A stretch of 64,000 nt of DNA from assembly GCF_036500425.1 (NCBI RefSeq), contig NZ_DASYCB010000077.1, forward strand, positions 26,411 through 90,410, read 5' to 3'. Source of the DNA: Luteibacter sp. (lineage in GTDB: Bacteria > Pseudomonadota > Gammaproteobacteria > Xanthomonadales > Rhodanobacteraceae). Position numbers and translations under genes: made by a program. The notes beneath the pieces were generated by a model. That model was not told where the DNA came from. It saw only the letters and a program-made list of their open reading frames with translations, and did not search any database. Below, piece after piece: positions 19,934 through 27,984 of the stretch. Each line of letters starts with the position of its first letter. Position 1 is the first letter of the stretch.

Positions 19934-20290
19934 ATGGAAACGATCGAAGTCGTCGAGATCAACATCCACGAGAGCGGGCCTTCCGGCGATGCCATCACCG
20001 CCGCGCTGGCGATCAACTCAGTAGCGACGGCCCAGCAGGCCTCGGCCCTGACCAACCTTGCCTATGGCAACCAGGTGAACAGTACCGCGGTGGGCGCGCA
20101 GGCGCAGGTCGCCCATCAGGACGCGCTGAACCGGTTGCGCCACGTGATCCTGGCCCGTGCGGTCTCCAGTGTTCAGGTACCCGCGCCGCTTGCGGCCCGG
20201 TCCGATGTTTTCGTCTTCAGCTCCAACGAGCTCGCGCAAGACATAGCCGACCTCAAGGCGGCGGTCGAAGCGTTCGTGCCCACACCTTGA
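19934..20290 (+). CDS. RebB-like protein, paralogue 4 (more divergent)
   Basis: ATG 19934 with GGAG upstream. AITAALAINSVATAQQASALTNLAYGNQVNSTAVGAQAQVAHQDALN ... ARSDVFVFSSNELAQDIADLKAAVEAF. Confidence 0.7.
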   Translation: METIEVVEINIHESGPSGDAITAALAINSVATAQQASALTNLAYGNQVNSTAVGAQAQVAHQDALNRLRHVILARAVSSVQVPAPLAARSDVFVFSSNELAQDIADLKAAVEAFVPTP

Positions 20291-20303
20291 ACCGGAGTCG
20301 CGC

Positions 20304-20612
20304 ATGGATGACTTCAACAGCATGCTCATCGAACAGATCAACGACCAGTTAAAGCGAGGCTTCGATGCGAACCTGCGCGCAGGGGATTTCTGCGTGGTGG
20401 AGACGCGGGTGAATGGCGTGTTGTCGGTGTTGCCATCGGCCGCGGTCAGTGACCAGCACAAGACGGTGTTTGGGCCGGGATCATTTGCTTCGTGTATCGC
20501 CTACGTCAATGGCCATCTGGTGACGAGGCCGCTCAGTGCAGGCGATATCCAGACGCTGCACGTGGCGGCACGGGCTGGCGATGCCGACATCATGGAAGGA
20601 GACCACCCGTGA
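20304..20612 (+). CDS. Hypothetical protein, reb-operon accessory
   Basis: 102 aa. GGAG upstream. 13-nt gap from the previous gene, and its stop overlaps the next start (GTGA). No recognisable motif. Confidence 0.55.
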   Translation: MDDFNSMLIEQINDQLKRGFDANLRAGDFCVVETRVNGVLSVLPSAAVSDQHKTVFGPGSFASCIAYVNGHLVTRPLSAGDIQTLHVAARAGDADIMEGDHP

Positions 20613-20809
20613 GCCAGGAAACCATTGCGCAGTTGGGCAAGGTGGTGGAGGACATCGCCGAATCGATGACGAAAGTGGCGACTAACATCGCCTTGCTCGG
20701 CGTGGAAGGCAATGCCGATGAGCAGATGCGCATCATCACCGAAGAAAACAACAAGGTCCTTGATCGGATCCGCGTGCTTTATAACCTGCCGCCGGCGCCG
20801 GGCCGCTGA
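20609..20809 (+). CDS. Small hypothetical helical protein, reb-operon accessory
   Basis: GTG 20609 with GGAGA 6-7 nt upstream. 66 aa, heptad-like (VSQETIAQLGKVVEDIAESMTKVATNIALLG...). Confidence 0.45.
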   Translation: MSQETIAQLGKVVEDIAESMTKVATNIALLGVEGNADEQMRIITEENNKVLDRIRVLYNLPPAPGR

Positions 20810-20810
20810 G

Positions 20811-21041
20811 ATGGCCGCGAGTGGCTCCATCGTCGATACGCCGCTGGCTGCCGCGACCGCCCTGAACGCCGTGGCGATTCCTGAGGCGGAGGCGGGCTAC
20901 ACCTTTATGGTGGAGATCCTCGGCAACCAGACGACACCGCTCATCTTCGGCTCGCTGGCACTCAGCGCCGTGGCGATCGTGGGCGGCCTGACAGCCTACG
21001 AAACGACGGTCGCCGCGGCGGCCGCCACGAAGGCAGGGTAA
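20811..21041 (+). CDS. Small hypothetical protein with C-terminal TM helix, reb-operon accessory
   Basis: ATG 20811, 1 nt after the preceding stop. 76 aa. TPLIFGSLALSAVAIVGGLTAY hydrophobic helix. Confidence 0.45.
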   Translation: MAASGSIVDTPLAAATALNAVAIPEAEAGYTFMVEILGNQTTPLIFGSLALSAVAIVGGLTAYETTVAAAAATKAG

Positions 21042-21742
21042 TGGCTGTGGCGCGTGACAGGCATGCGACACGTCCGTTGCCGGAACAGGTGGTGATCGTG
21101 GCCTTTCCGGGTGCCTATGCGCAGCAAGGTGTGCCGGTTTCCGCGCCATCGCCGCCCAGCGATTTCTTCATCGTGCGCGCCGATGCAAGCGAAGTGTCGC
21201 TGCCCGGCCATACCGCCGATTGGCTCACCGTGTCGCCGCCTACAGCGATCGTGCAGGGGGTGTGCCGTATCGCCTACCGCGCCACCGACAACACGCGCGT
21301 GGCGCGACACGTCGAGGTCCCCGTGGTGGTGAAAGGCGCGCGCTATGCGGTGATGTTCCGTCAACAGGCCGGTGAACTGGTCCAGTTTGAACTCGTACGA
21401 ACATTGAACAGCCCGCTCAACATCGATTGCCTCGTCGCGATCGGCTTCATTGCCAGCCTGATCCAGAAGATTCCGGTGCCGCCCATCAAGCTCATCGTGA
21501 TGGTGCTGGTGGTTCTTGCGCTTATCGCCCTGGGCTTTGCCGTATCGGCTATCCGGCATGGTTTCGTGGGTGTTCCCGAGCCGAAGCCGTTATCCACGGA
21601 CACCAACGGCACACCGATTGTCGTTATTCCCGGCATTGCGATTCCCGGACTGCTGCCGTTGGCCGGTATCGCCGCCGAGGACCAGACCATCGCGCTACAG
21701 ACCATCCAGGAAATCTACTGGCTGATCGAGGAAGTGGGCTAG
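21041..21742 (+). CDS. Hypothetical membrane protein, reb-operon accessory
   Basis: 233 aa. Start overlaps the previous stop (TAATG). Soluble N-terminal half, then two TM helices (CLVAIGFIASLI, LIVMVLVVLALIALGFAVSAI). Confidence 0.6.
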   Translation: MAVARDRHATRPLPEQVVIVAFPGAYAQQGVPVSAPSPPSDFFIVRADASEVSLPGHTADWLTVSPPTAIVQGVCRIAYRATDNTRVARHVEVPVVVKGARYAVMFRQQAGELVQFELVRTLNSPLNIDCLVAIGFIASLIQKIPVPPIKLIVMVLVVLALIALGFAVSAIRHGFVGVPEPKPLSTDTNGTPIVVIPGIAIPGLLPLAGIAAEDQTIALQTIQEIYWLIEEVG

Positions 21743-21842
21743 CGGCCGCTTGTCGGCCAACTCGGATGGACCCGGCGGAGCCGAAGCCCACCTCCGCGCG
21801 ACATGGGCCTTCCCCATTCCACCCATGACGGAGCATGCAGAC

Positions 21843-22907
21843 ATGTCCCAGTACACATCGCTATTGCCTTTCAGCTACATGGTGCCCACGTTCTATCCCA
21901 CCTCACCTGGCAACGTTCAGCCGATGAACGGCGCGCCGCAGGTCGTCCTTTCCGATCCTGACCTGCAGGCGCGTGCCCAGCGTCTGGCCAACGTGCTTTT
22001 CTGGACCGCCCAGACCTACCGAAACCAGGAGGGCATGCAAGACGACAGCACGCTGAAGGTGTTCATCGCGCCCGAGTTTTACTTCCGCAAGGCATCGCCC
22101 TCTGAAGTGAGTGCTTATGGATTCCAGCTCGGCACCAGCTTCGGATCCTATCCCGAGGCATCCAGGCAGGAATTGGCGGCGGCTCTCGACATGGTGGTAC
22201 GCGGGACGCCCCTCTTCAAGGATTGGACCATCGTGGCCGGTAGCATCTGTTCGGCCTTGCCTCGCCAGAATCCAGGCGATCGGCTGAACCTGCTGAACAC
22301 CGCCATCATGTTGCGTGGGTTACGCGACACCCCGGACAACAGTGCCCAGTACGTACTGATGGAGAAACACTACATCTCCAACATTGATGGTCCGTCCGCT
22401 AGCGCGCACGCCAACCAGGATCCGACGACGGTCTATAGCTTCGACCTCAATCCCGAACAGCACTGGGACAACCTCATCTTCTGGGACGGCATGAGCGTCG
22501 GGCTTGAGGTGTGTCTGGATCATTCCGAGCAGGTCGTGTTGAATGCCGTGACCGAGCTGGAGCGGATGATGGGGCCGGCAGCGGGCAAGCTGAGCCTGCA
22601 ACTCGTCACCTCGTGCGGCATGTCCCTCGTCGATGAGGCGGTGGCTGTCGTCGACGGCGCCTTGGTCATGCTCACCGATGGTATGTCGCAAGTCGCGAGC
22701 GGCCTGCGGGAGCCGCGCTTCCAGGTGGGTCGCTTCGATGCCGAAACAGGCGTGGTGACGACGTTCGGCAACAGCGAGTTCGACTTCCAGGAGCTGCCCG
22801 CTAATGCGAGCTACCAGCTCCTGGACTATGCGCGCGGGGAGTATGTGAGCAAAAAACGCCGCCAGGGCGTGTGGGCGTCCAAGTCTCCTCTGCCCCTGTA
22901 CGACTGA
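21843..22907 (+). CDS. Carbon-nitrogen hydrolase (nitrilase superfamily)-like protein
   Basis: Start chosen at ATG 21843 (GGAG 9 nt upstream); ATG 21825 is also possible. Candidate Glu-Lys-Cys triad contexts: VFIAPEFYF (Glu codon 22074), LMEKHYIS (Lys 22365), GLEVCLDH (Cys 22512). Confidence 0.65.
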   Translation: MSQYTSLLPFSYMVPTFYPTSPGNVQPMNGAPQVVLSDPDLQARAQRLANVLFWTAQTYRNQEGMQDDSTLKVFIAPEFYFRKASPSEVSAYGFQLGTSFGSYPEASRQELAAALDMVVRGTPLFKDWTIVAGSICSALPRQNPGDRLNLLNTAIMLRGLRDTPDNSAQYVLMEKHYISNIDGPSASAHANQDPTTVYSFDLNPEQHWDNLIFWDGMSVGLEVCLDHSEQVVLNAVTELERMMGPAAGKLSLQLVTSCGMSLVDEAVAVVDGALVMLTDGMSQVASGLREPRFQVGRFDAETGVVTTFGNSEFDFQELPANASYQLLDYARGEYVSKKRRQGVWASKSPLPLYD

Positions 22908-22969
22908 AGACAGGGCCGTGGCCCGGGTGTCGCGCCGGGGATGAGGCTTTTACGCTGCCCAAAACAAAA

Positions 22970-22994
22970 ACACCGGCCAGTGGCCGGTGTTTTC
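22970..22994 (+). terminator. Rho-independent terminator ending the reb-like operon
   Basis: acaccggcc-agt-ggccggtgt followed by tttc; an A-run upstream makes it potentially bidirectional. Confidence 0.8.
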
Positions 22995-23075
22995 GATGAA
23001 AGGATTCAGAATCGATCAGCGCTCTGCGACACGCGGTCCCTCGTCAGGCTCGGTGGCCTTAGGAACGAAGACCGT

Positions 23076-23187
<112 letters not shown>

Positions 23188-23267
23188 CAAATACAACATA
23201 GCTGCGATGCGGGTTTGCGGATATTATGTAGACTATTCCGTCCAAATTCCGTCCAACTGAGGTTCCA

Positions 23268-24302
23268 ATGGCGTCGATCTCGAAAACCGATGAAGGTACC
23301 TACCGCGTACGGGTGCGTCGTACTGGGGGCCGCCAGAGCTCCGCTACCTTCCGTACCAAGGCAGAGGCGGCGGCATGGGCGGCGCAAACTGAGAACAATA
23401 TTCACCGCCGCGTGCATCGCGACTTCCGAGTAGCCGAACGCACAACGGTCAAAGAGCTGTTGACGCGCTACGAGGGTGAGGTCGCCGCCATGATGAAGTC
23501 CGCGGCCGTACTGCATTACCACCTAGCGAGATTCATCAAGGATTTCGGTCACCTTCGGCTGTCAGGCCTTACCTCTGAGGAGCTGATCCGCTGGCGTGAT
23601 CGGCGCCTGAAGTCCGTACAGTCGGGCACGGTGCGACGGGAGTTGCAAACCCTCAGCTCCTTCTTTACATGGGTTCGCAAGGATTTATTGATCGCCCTAC
23701 CAGAGAACCCGGTGAGCTCCATTCGATTGCCGCCGGCGAGCAAGGCACGGGACAGGCGACTAGAAGAGGGCGAGGAACAGCGCCTGCTGGAAGCTCTAGC
23801 CGATCACGCAGCGCCGACGAAAGGCGAGAAGCGTGCGGGCAACTACCGCGTGGGTACGCGAAATCCTTGGGTCAAGCCGGCCGTTCAGTTCGCAATTGAA
23901 ACGGCGATGCGACTAGGGGAGTTTTCCCGATTGCTGTGGCAGAACGTTGACCTGAAACAGCAGACCGCCTTCTTGCCCGAAACGAAAAATGGCGACCCGC
24001 GCACGGTGCCGCTGTCGTCTCGCGCCGTTGCGATCTTGGAATCGTTGCCGCGGCAAGACGATGAGCCCAGGGTATTTCCGATCACCAAGAGCGCTCTCCA
24101 GCAGGCGTGGCGTCGCGCTAGGACGCGCGCGAATCTCGGCGACCTACGCCTCCACGACCAGCGGCACGAAGCTACTTCACGGCTCGCGGAAAAACTGCCT
24201 AACCTCATAGAACTGGCGAGCGTTACGGGGCACAAGGATCTGCGGCAGCTCAAACGCTACTATCATCCGCGCGCTGAGGACCTGGCAAAGAAGCTAGGGT
24301 GA
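23268..24302 (+). CDS. int: Tyrosine site-specific integrase
   Basis: 344 aa. Catalytic residue contexts AIETAMRLGEF (Arg), LHDQRHEATS (His-x-x-Arg), VTGHKDLRQLKRYYH (His...Tyr). 80 nt from attL. Confidence 0.9.
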   Translation: MASISKTDEGTYRVRVRRTGGRQSSATFRTKAEAAAWAAQTENNIHRRVHRDFRVAERTTVKELLTRYEGEVAAMMKSAAVLHYHLARFIKDFGHLRLSGLTSEELIRWRDRRLKSVQSGTVRRELQTLSSFFTWVRKDLLIALPENPVSSIRLPPASKARDRRLEEGEEQRLLEALADHAAPTKGEKRAGNYRVGTRNPWVKPAVQFAIETAMRLGEFSRLLWQNVDLKQQTAFLPETKNGDPRTVPLSSRAVAILESLPRQDDEPRVFPITKSALQQAWRRARTRANLGDLRLHDQRHEATSRLAEKLPNLIELASVTGHKDLRQLKRYYHPRAEDLAKKLG

Positions 24303-24471
24303 ATCAGTGCTCTGAGGACATATGATCGTGAAGATACTAACCATATATATGCTCGACTAAGCAATTCTTCTTATACTCACTTATACCTGTCTATATACGA
24401 GTATGCGTTATGGATGCTAACCGCAACCCCTTGGCGCACGCGCGCACCGTGCACTAGCGATCAGTCCACTA

Positions 24472-24503
24472 GACAAAAAGCAAGGGCGGCCAGTGGCCGC
24501 CCC
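24472..24503 (-). terminator. Rho-independent terminator after the adhesin gene
   Basis: Minus-sense gggcggcc-actg-ggccgccc followed by ttgcttttt. Confidence 0.75.
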
Positions 24504-24519
24504 GAAAATCCGCAGCACC

Positions 24520-26115
24520 TTACCAAGATGCGCCGATACCCGCACCGACCTGATGTTCATCGCCTGCCAACGCGCCATGAAGCGAGAATGAAACACCGCC
24601 TCCGGTGACGTGACGGTAGCCGACGGCCAATGCGTCGCGCCCGCCTTGCAACCCCACGCCCGCAGCGATTGAGTTATCACCAGTGAAGTTGGAGGCCATG
24701 GCCGTGGACGCTGCCTGCGATGCTCCTAAACGGTCCAGTCGATTGTTGATCTGGTTGAAGCGCATGTCGGTGTAGTTCTTTGCCTCTTGCAGAGCCTCGC
24801 CGACGGCCTGGTCGACATAACCATGCGTCCAATCCTCTGCTTGGACAAGGGTGCGCGCATCTCCTTGATTGGCATAGGCATCTGCGTGGGCGAGGGTGCC
24901 GGCATCTCCTTGATCGACATAATCCTTGGTTTTTTCCAATGTGTCGGCGTCCGTGCCAGAGCCAGCCGCCCCCGTAGCACCAGTATCGCCCTTCGCGCCC
25001 TGCGGCCCTTGGGGGCCTGATGTCCCGCCTCCGCCGGACGAGGCAAGCGTAGTGAGCGAGGTATCGACCGCTGCGAATGCCGAAGTGATGTCGTGATACT
25101 GCGTGCCTTGGATCGCGTACGTAGGTGCACTCAGGGCGCCCCTGGCGTCAAGGCTCGCACCTATCACGCCGACGATCCCAGCGAACTGGTCGATATTCAC
25201 GGCATCCGTGCCGGCCACACCTGGCGAAATGTTGATGAGCCGTCGCGTGAGGGTAGGGCTGCCGAACGAGACCACATTCTTCATGTCGCTGGAGACCGTG
25301 GATCCCGCGCCGATAGCGACTGATGACACCGCGCCGCTGGCCACACTGGCACCCTCACCGATGGCCGTGCCGAAGTCACTTGCAGATGCCAGATAGCCTA
25401 TGGCGGTGGCGTACTGGGTCGCTGCCGTGCCGGCGCCGATAGATACACCTCCAGTGCTGCCGCTCGCCACGTTGGATTGGTAACCCAGCGCCAGGCTGTA
25501 CTGCGCGCCGGCAGTCGCGCTATAGCCAAACGCAGCACCGTAGTCGGTGGCGGTCGCCGATGTGCCGAATGCCATGGCGTTGGCGCTGGAACTCGTGCCA
25601 TTGCCGATTGCAATGCCGGACTGGCCCGTGGTCGCGGCGCGGCCGATGGCGACGCCGCTTGTGTCGGAGCTGGCCGCGTTTCCGATGGCCACCGCGCTGC
25701 CGTTCCTGGTCTGTGTGCCGTATCCGATGGCGACGCTGTAGTTGCCGGACGTACTGCCTTTGCCTAGCGAGACGCTGCCTGTGTTTGCGGCGGAGCCGTT
25801 ACCAACGGCGATGGCGCTGTCGTTCTGTGCGTTTGCGGTTGGTCCGACGGCGATGGCGCCGTCCCCGTATCCCTCCGCCCCTGGTCCGATTGCCAGTGCA
25901 CTTCCGGATATGGAATTGGCGCCTTCGCCAATCGCAATGCCACCATTGCCCGAGGCCTGGGCCGCTCCAGTGTTAGTGCAAGTGTCTGGGAGGGTGTTCT
26001 GACAGACGGCGATGAGGCCGCCGGCAGCGGACTGGGCGACGGTCTGCGCCCGTGCGCCGGGGCAGAATGCGAGCGCGGCCCATATGGCGGCGGTGAATAA
26101 GCTGCGTGCGTACAT
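24520..26115 (-). CDS. Trimeric autotransporter adhesin (YadA-like) with a collagen-like GXY stretch
   Basis: 531 aa. Signal peptide MYARSLFTAAIWAALAFCPGARA. Repeated head motifs (G.GS.AIG..A.A). GPQGPQGAKGDTGATGAAGSG triplets. C-terminal YadA-type anchor ...SIAAGVGLQGGRDALAVGYRH...VGAGIGASW. Confidence 0.85.
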   Translation of the reverse strand: MYARSLFTAAIWAALAFCPGARAQTVAQSAAGGLIAVCQNTLPDTCTNTGAAQASGNGGIAIGEGANSISGSALAIGPGAEGYGDGAIAVGPTANAQNDSAIAVGNGSAANTGSVSLGKGSTSGNYSVAIGYGTQTRNGSAVAIGNAASSDTSGVAIGRAATTGQSGIAIGNGTSSSANAMAFGTSATATDYGAAFGYSATAGAQYSLALGYQSNVASGSTGGVSIGAGTAATQYATAIGYLASASDFGTAIGEGASVASGAVSSVAIGAGSTVSSDMKNVVSFGSPTLTRRLINISPGVAGTDAVNIDQFAGIVGVIGASLDARGALSAPTYAIQGTQYHDITSAFAAVDTSLTTLASSGGGGTSGPQGPQGAKGDTGATGAAGSGTDADTLEKTKDYVDQGDAGTLAHADAYANQGDARTLVQAEDWTHGYVDQAVGEALQEAKNYTDMRFNQINNRLDRLGASQAASTAMASNFTGDNSIAAGVGLQGGRDALAVGYRHVTGGGVSFSLHGALAGDEHQVGAGIGASW

Positions 26116-26130
26116 GATGGATTCCTTTGA

Positions 26131-26604
26131 TCAGAGCGGGAGCGAAAGTTGCGCGCCGACGAAGCCGCTGTGGCGGTTTGGCGTGTTGGGTACGGCGGAG
26201 AGGTCGAGCGACCATCCGCGAGGTGTGACTACGCGCACGAGGCCTGCGCCCATGAGCGGTTGAGAGGCAGCTTCGTTGCGGCGGTAACCTGTGACCAGAC
26301 CCGCCTCGGCGCCTGCGGCGATTCCCCAAGTGCCGAGCGGGATGCGCAGCGGCGTCCACGCGGCCAGCGCATATGCGCTAGTGCGGCGATAGCTATTTAC
26401 GTAGAAGCCGGCGGACAGCGACCACGACGGGTCGAGCTGGGCAGTGATGCCCAGCCCTTCGTTGCGCTGATTGAGCGTTTCGCGTGCCCACCGCTCGGTA
26501 TGAACGCTCGCGAGGTTCAGATCGAGGGTGAACGTTACCGCGTGCGCCGAAGGCATCGCGAAGGCGGCGGTCAGGCACGCCGCTAGAATCAGCGGCCGAG
26601 TCAC
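26131..26604 (-). CDS. Small outer-membrane beta-barrel-like protein
   Basis: 157 aa. Signal peptide ...AMPSAHA, alternating amphipathic strands, C-terminal aromatic-rich ...FVGAQLSLPL. 4-nt overlap with the upstream gene. Confidence 0.6.
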   Translation of the reverse strand: MTRPLILAACLTAAFAMPSAHAVTFTLDLNLASVHTERWARETLNQRNEGLGITAQLDPSWSLSAGFYVNSYRRTSAYALAAWTPLRIPLGTWGIAAGAEAGLVTGYRRNEAASQPLMGAGLVRVVTPRGWSLDLSAVPNTPNRHSGFVGAQLSLPL

Positions 26605-27110
26605 GGCGCGGCCTCTAGGGGGATCACGCGCGATGGCTGGCCATAAGATGCGCTGGCGACGAGCTGCACACGTTCACCGGCTGAGATAGCTACATCTGCC
26701 GCTTGCGTGAGACTGACAACGTTGCCGCTGTCGAGCTTGACGGTAATTTCCAGTCCGGCTTGCTGGAAAGCGTGCTCACTCGCAAGGTTGGTAGCGACAG
26801 CTCCACCTAGCGCGCCGGCGACCGTGGCGATGGTGCGGCCAGTGCCCCCTCCGACCTGATGCCCGAGCAAACCGCCCACGGCGGCGCCGATGGCGGAGCC
26901 GCCAGCGGTTTGCGCCGTCGTGGCCGAGATGCTGACATGGCGTACGGATAGAACAGTGCCGAGTGTCACGCTCTGCGTTTGCTGTGCCTGGGCGGGCGTG
27001 AAGACGTCCGCGCTGCTGTGGTACTGGCCGGGGAGGCTTGACGGAAGGCCCGCGCAGCCCGCCAGCAGGCTAGTCGCCACCAGGCCGGAAAGTAGAAAGA
27101 GTGTGCGCAC
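26601..27110 (-). CDS. Glycine-zipper (SlyB/Pcp-like) outer-membrane lipoprotein
   Basis: Lipobox LLAG-C. Glycine-zipper GGSAIGAAVGGLLGHQVGGGTGRTIATVAGALGGAVA. Confidence 0.75.
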   Translation of the reverse strand: MRTLFLLSGLVATSLLAGCAGLPSSLPGQYHSSADVFTPAQAQQTQSVTLGTVLSVRHVSISATTAQTAGGSAIGAAVGGLLGHQVGGGTGRTIATVAGALGGAVATNLASEHAFQQAGLEITVKLDSGNVVSLTQAADVAISAGERVQLVASASYGQPSRVIPLEAAP

Positions 27111-27178
27111 GGATTTGCTCCAACGGACACGGGCTCATGCCCGCATCTGTATGCAGCTGCCTTACGCAGTCTTTGATG

Positions 27179-27361
27179 TCACCTATGTCGCGAGCGGTGG
27201 CGTCCAATAAGGCCGCGCATCACGACGTGCGCGACGGCTGTGCCAAGAATGCCCACGGCGACGAAGACGAGAACGCCATGAATACCGAGTCCACGCATAC
27301 TCGCTGACAGCGAGCGGTAAATGAGGCCATGAATGAGTGCGGATTCGATCATATGCCACAT
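27179..27361 (-). CDS. Small hypothetical membrane protein
   Basis: 60 aa with one TM (GVLVFVAVGILGTAVAHVV). Sits in the minus-strand gene string. Weak evidence. Confidence 0.35.
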   Translation of the reverse strand: MWHMIESALIHGLIYRSLSASMRGLGIHGVLVFVAVGILGTAVAHVVMRGLIGRHRSRHR

Positions 27362-27371
27362 AGCCGCGCCC

Positions 27372-27953
27372 TCACAGGATCAGGAGCGCGCCGGCGAAAA
27401 GACCGGCGAAGGTCGCCGCACCGGCAGCGAATGCGAGAGCCCGCTCGTGTACGACGGGCCAGATGATGGCCTGCCTTGCGACCAGTAGCGACACCGCGAC
27501 CGCACCACAGCCGCAAGTCACGGCCAGTGGATCGACTGGGTCGGCGGCTAGTCCCTGCATGAGCGCATAGCATGGGACGGCTGCCGCCGCCACGACAGCC
27601 CACAATCGCACGGTGTCCTTGCCGCTGCCGTGTCCGGCAGCCATGACGCCTACGGCGCTCGCGACAGCCGCTGCGATGGCGATGCGGGCCGGGCGATCCC
27701 GAAGTCCCGCCGTGTCCAGCGCCCACGCGGCGATGGGCCATGCGATCAGCGTGGCGCCCAAGCGGACGAACAGGCGCAGGCCTCCGCCGATGTTGCCGGC
27801 TCCGCTGCGTGCAATGGCCGGCGCAGTCACTTCAGCAAGCGCGAGGACGATGGCGACCGCGCAGGCTGCCGATACCGGCAGAACTTCGCGAAACAATGCC
27901 CAGCTGAGGGCGAATATCAGTGACGCAAAAAACAGGCGAAGCAGAATCCGCAT
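27372..27953 (-). CDS. Hypothetical polytopic inner-membrane protein
   Basis: Trimmed to ATG 27953 (MRILLRLFFASLIFALSW...); the longer track version overlaps the T4CP 3' end. 5-6 predicted TM helices. Confidence 0.55.
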   Translation of the reverse strand: MRILLRLFFASLIFALSWALFREVLPVSAACAVAIVLALAEVTAPAIARSGAGNIGGGLRLFVRLGATLIAWPIAAWALDTAGLRDRPARIAIAAAVASAVGVMAAGHGSGKDTVRLWAVVAAAAVPCYALMQGLAADPVDPLAVTCGCGAVAVSLLVARQAIIWPVVHERALAFAAGAATFAGLFAGALLIL

Positions 27954-27984
27954 GGGTCGTTCCCTATTAGTGAGAGAGGGTGGG

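Noticed and set aside
17507-23075. The regulator plus reb operon as a second genomic island inserted at tRNA-Ser.
   Set aside because: There is no integrase, no repeat of the tRNA-Ser 3' end, and no obvious compositional break visible by eye. Synteny comparison would be needed before any such claim.
26131-26604. Calling the small OMP a PagL lipid A deacylase.
   Set aside because: Size and barrel-like pattern fit, but I could not find the His-x-Ser catalytic context convincingly. It is kept as a generic beta-barrel protein.
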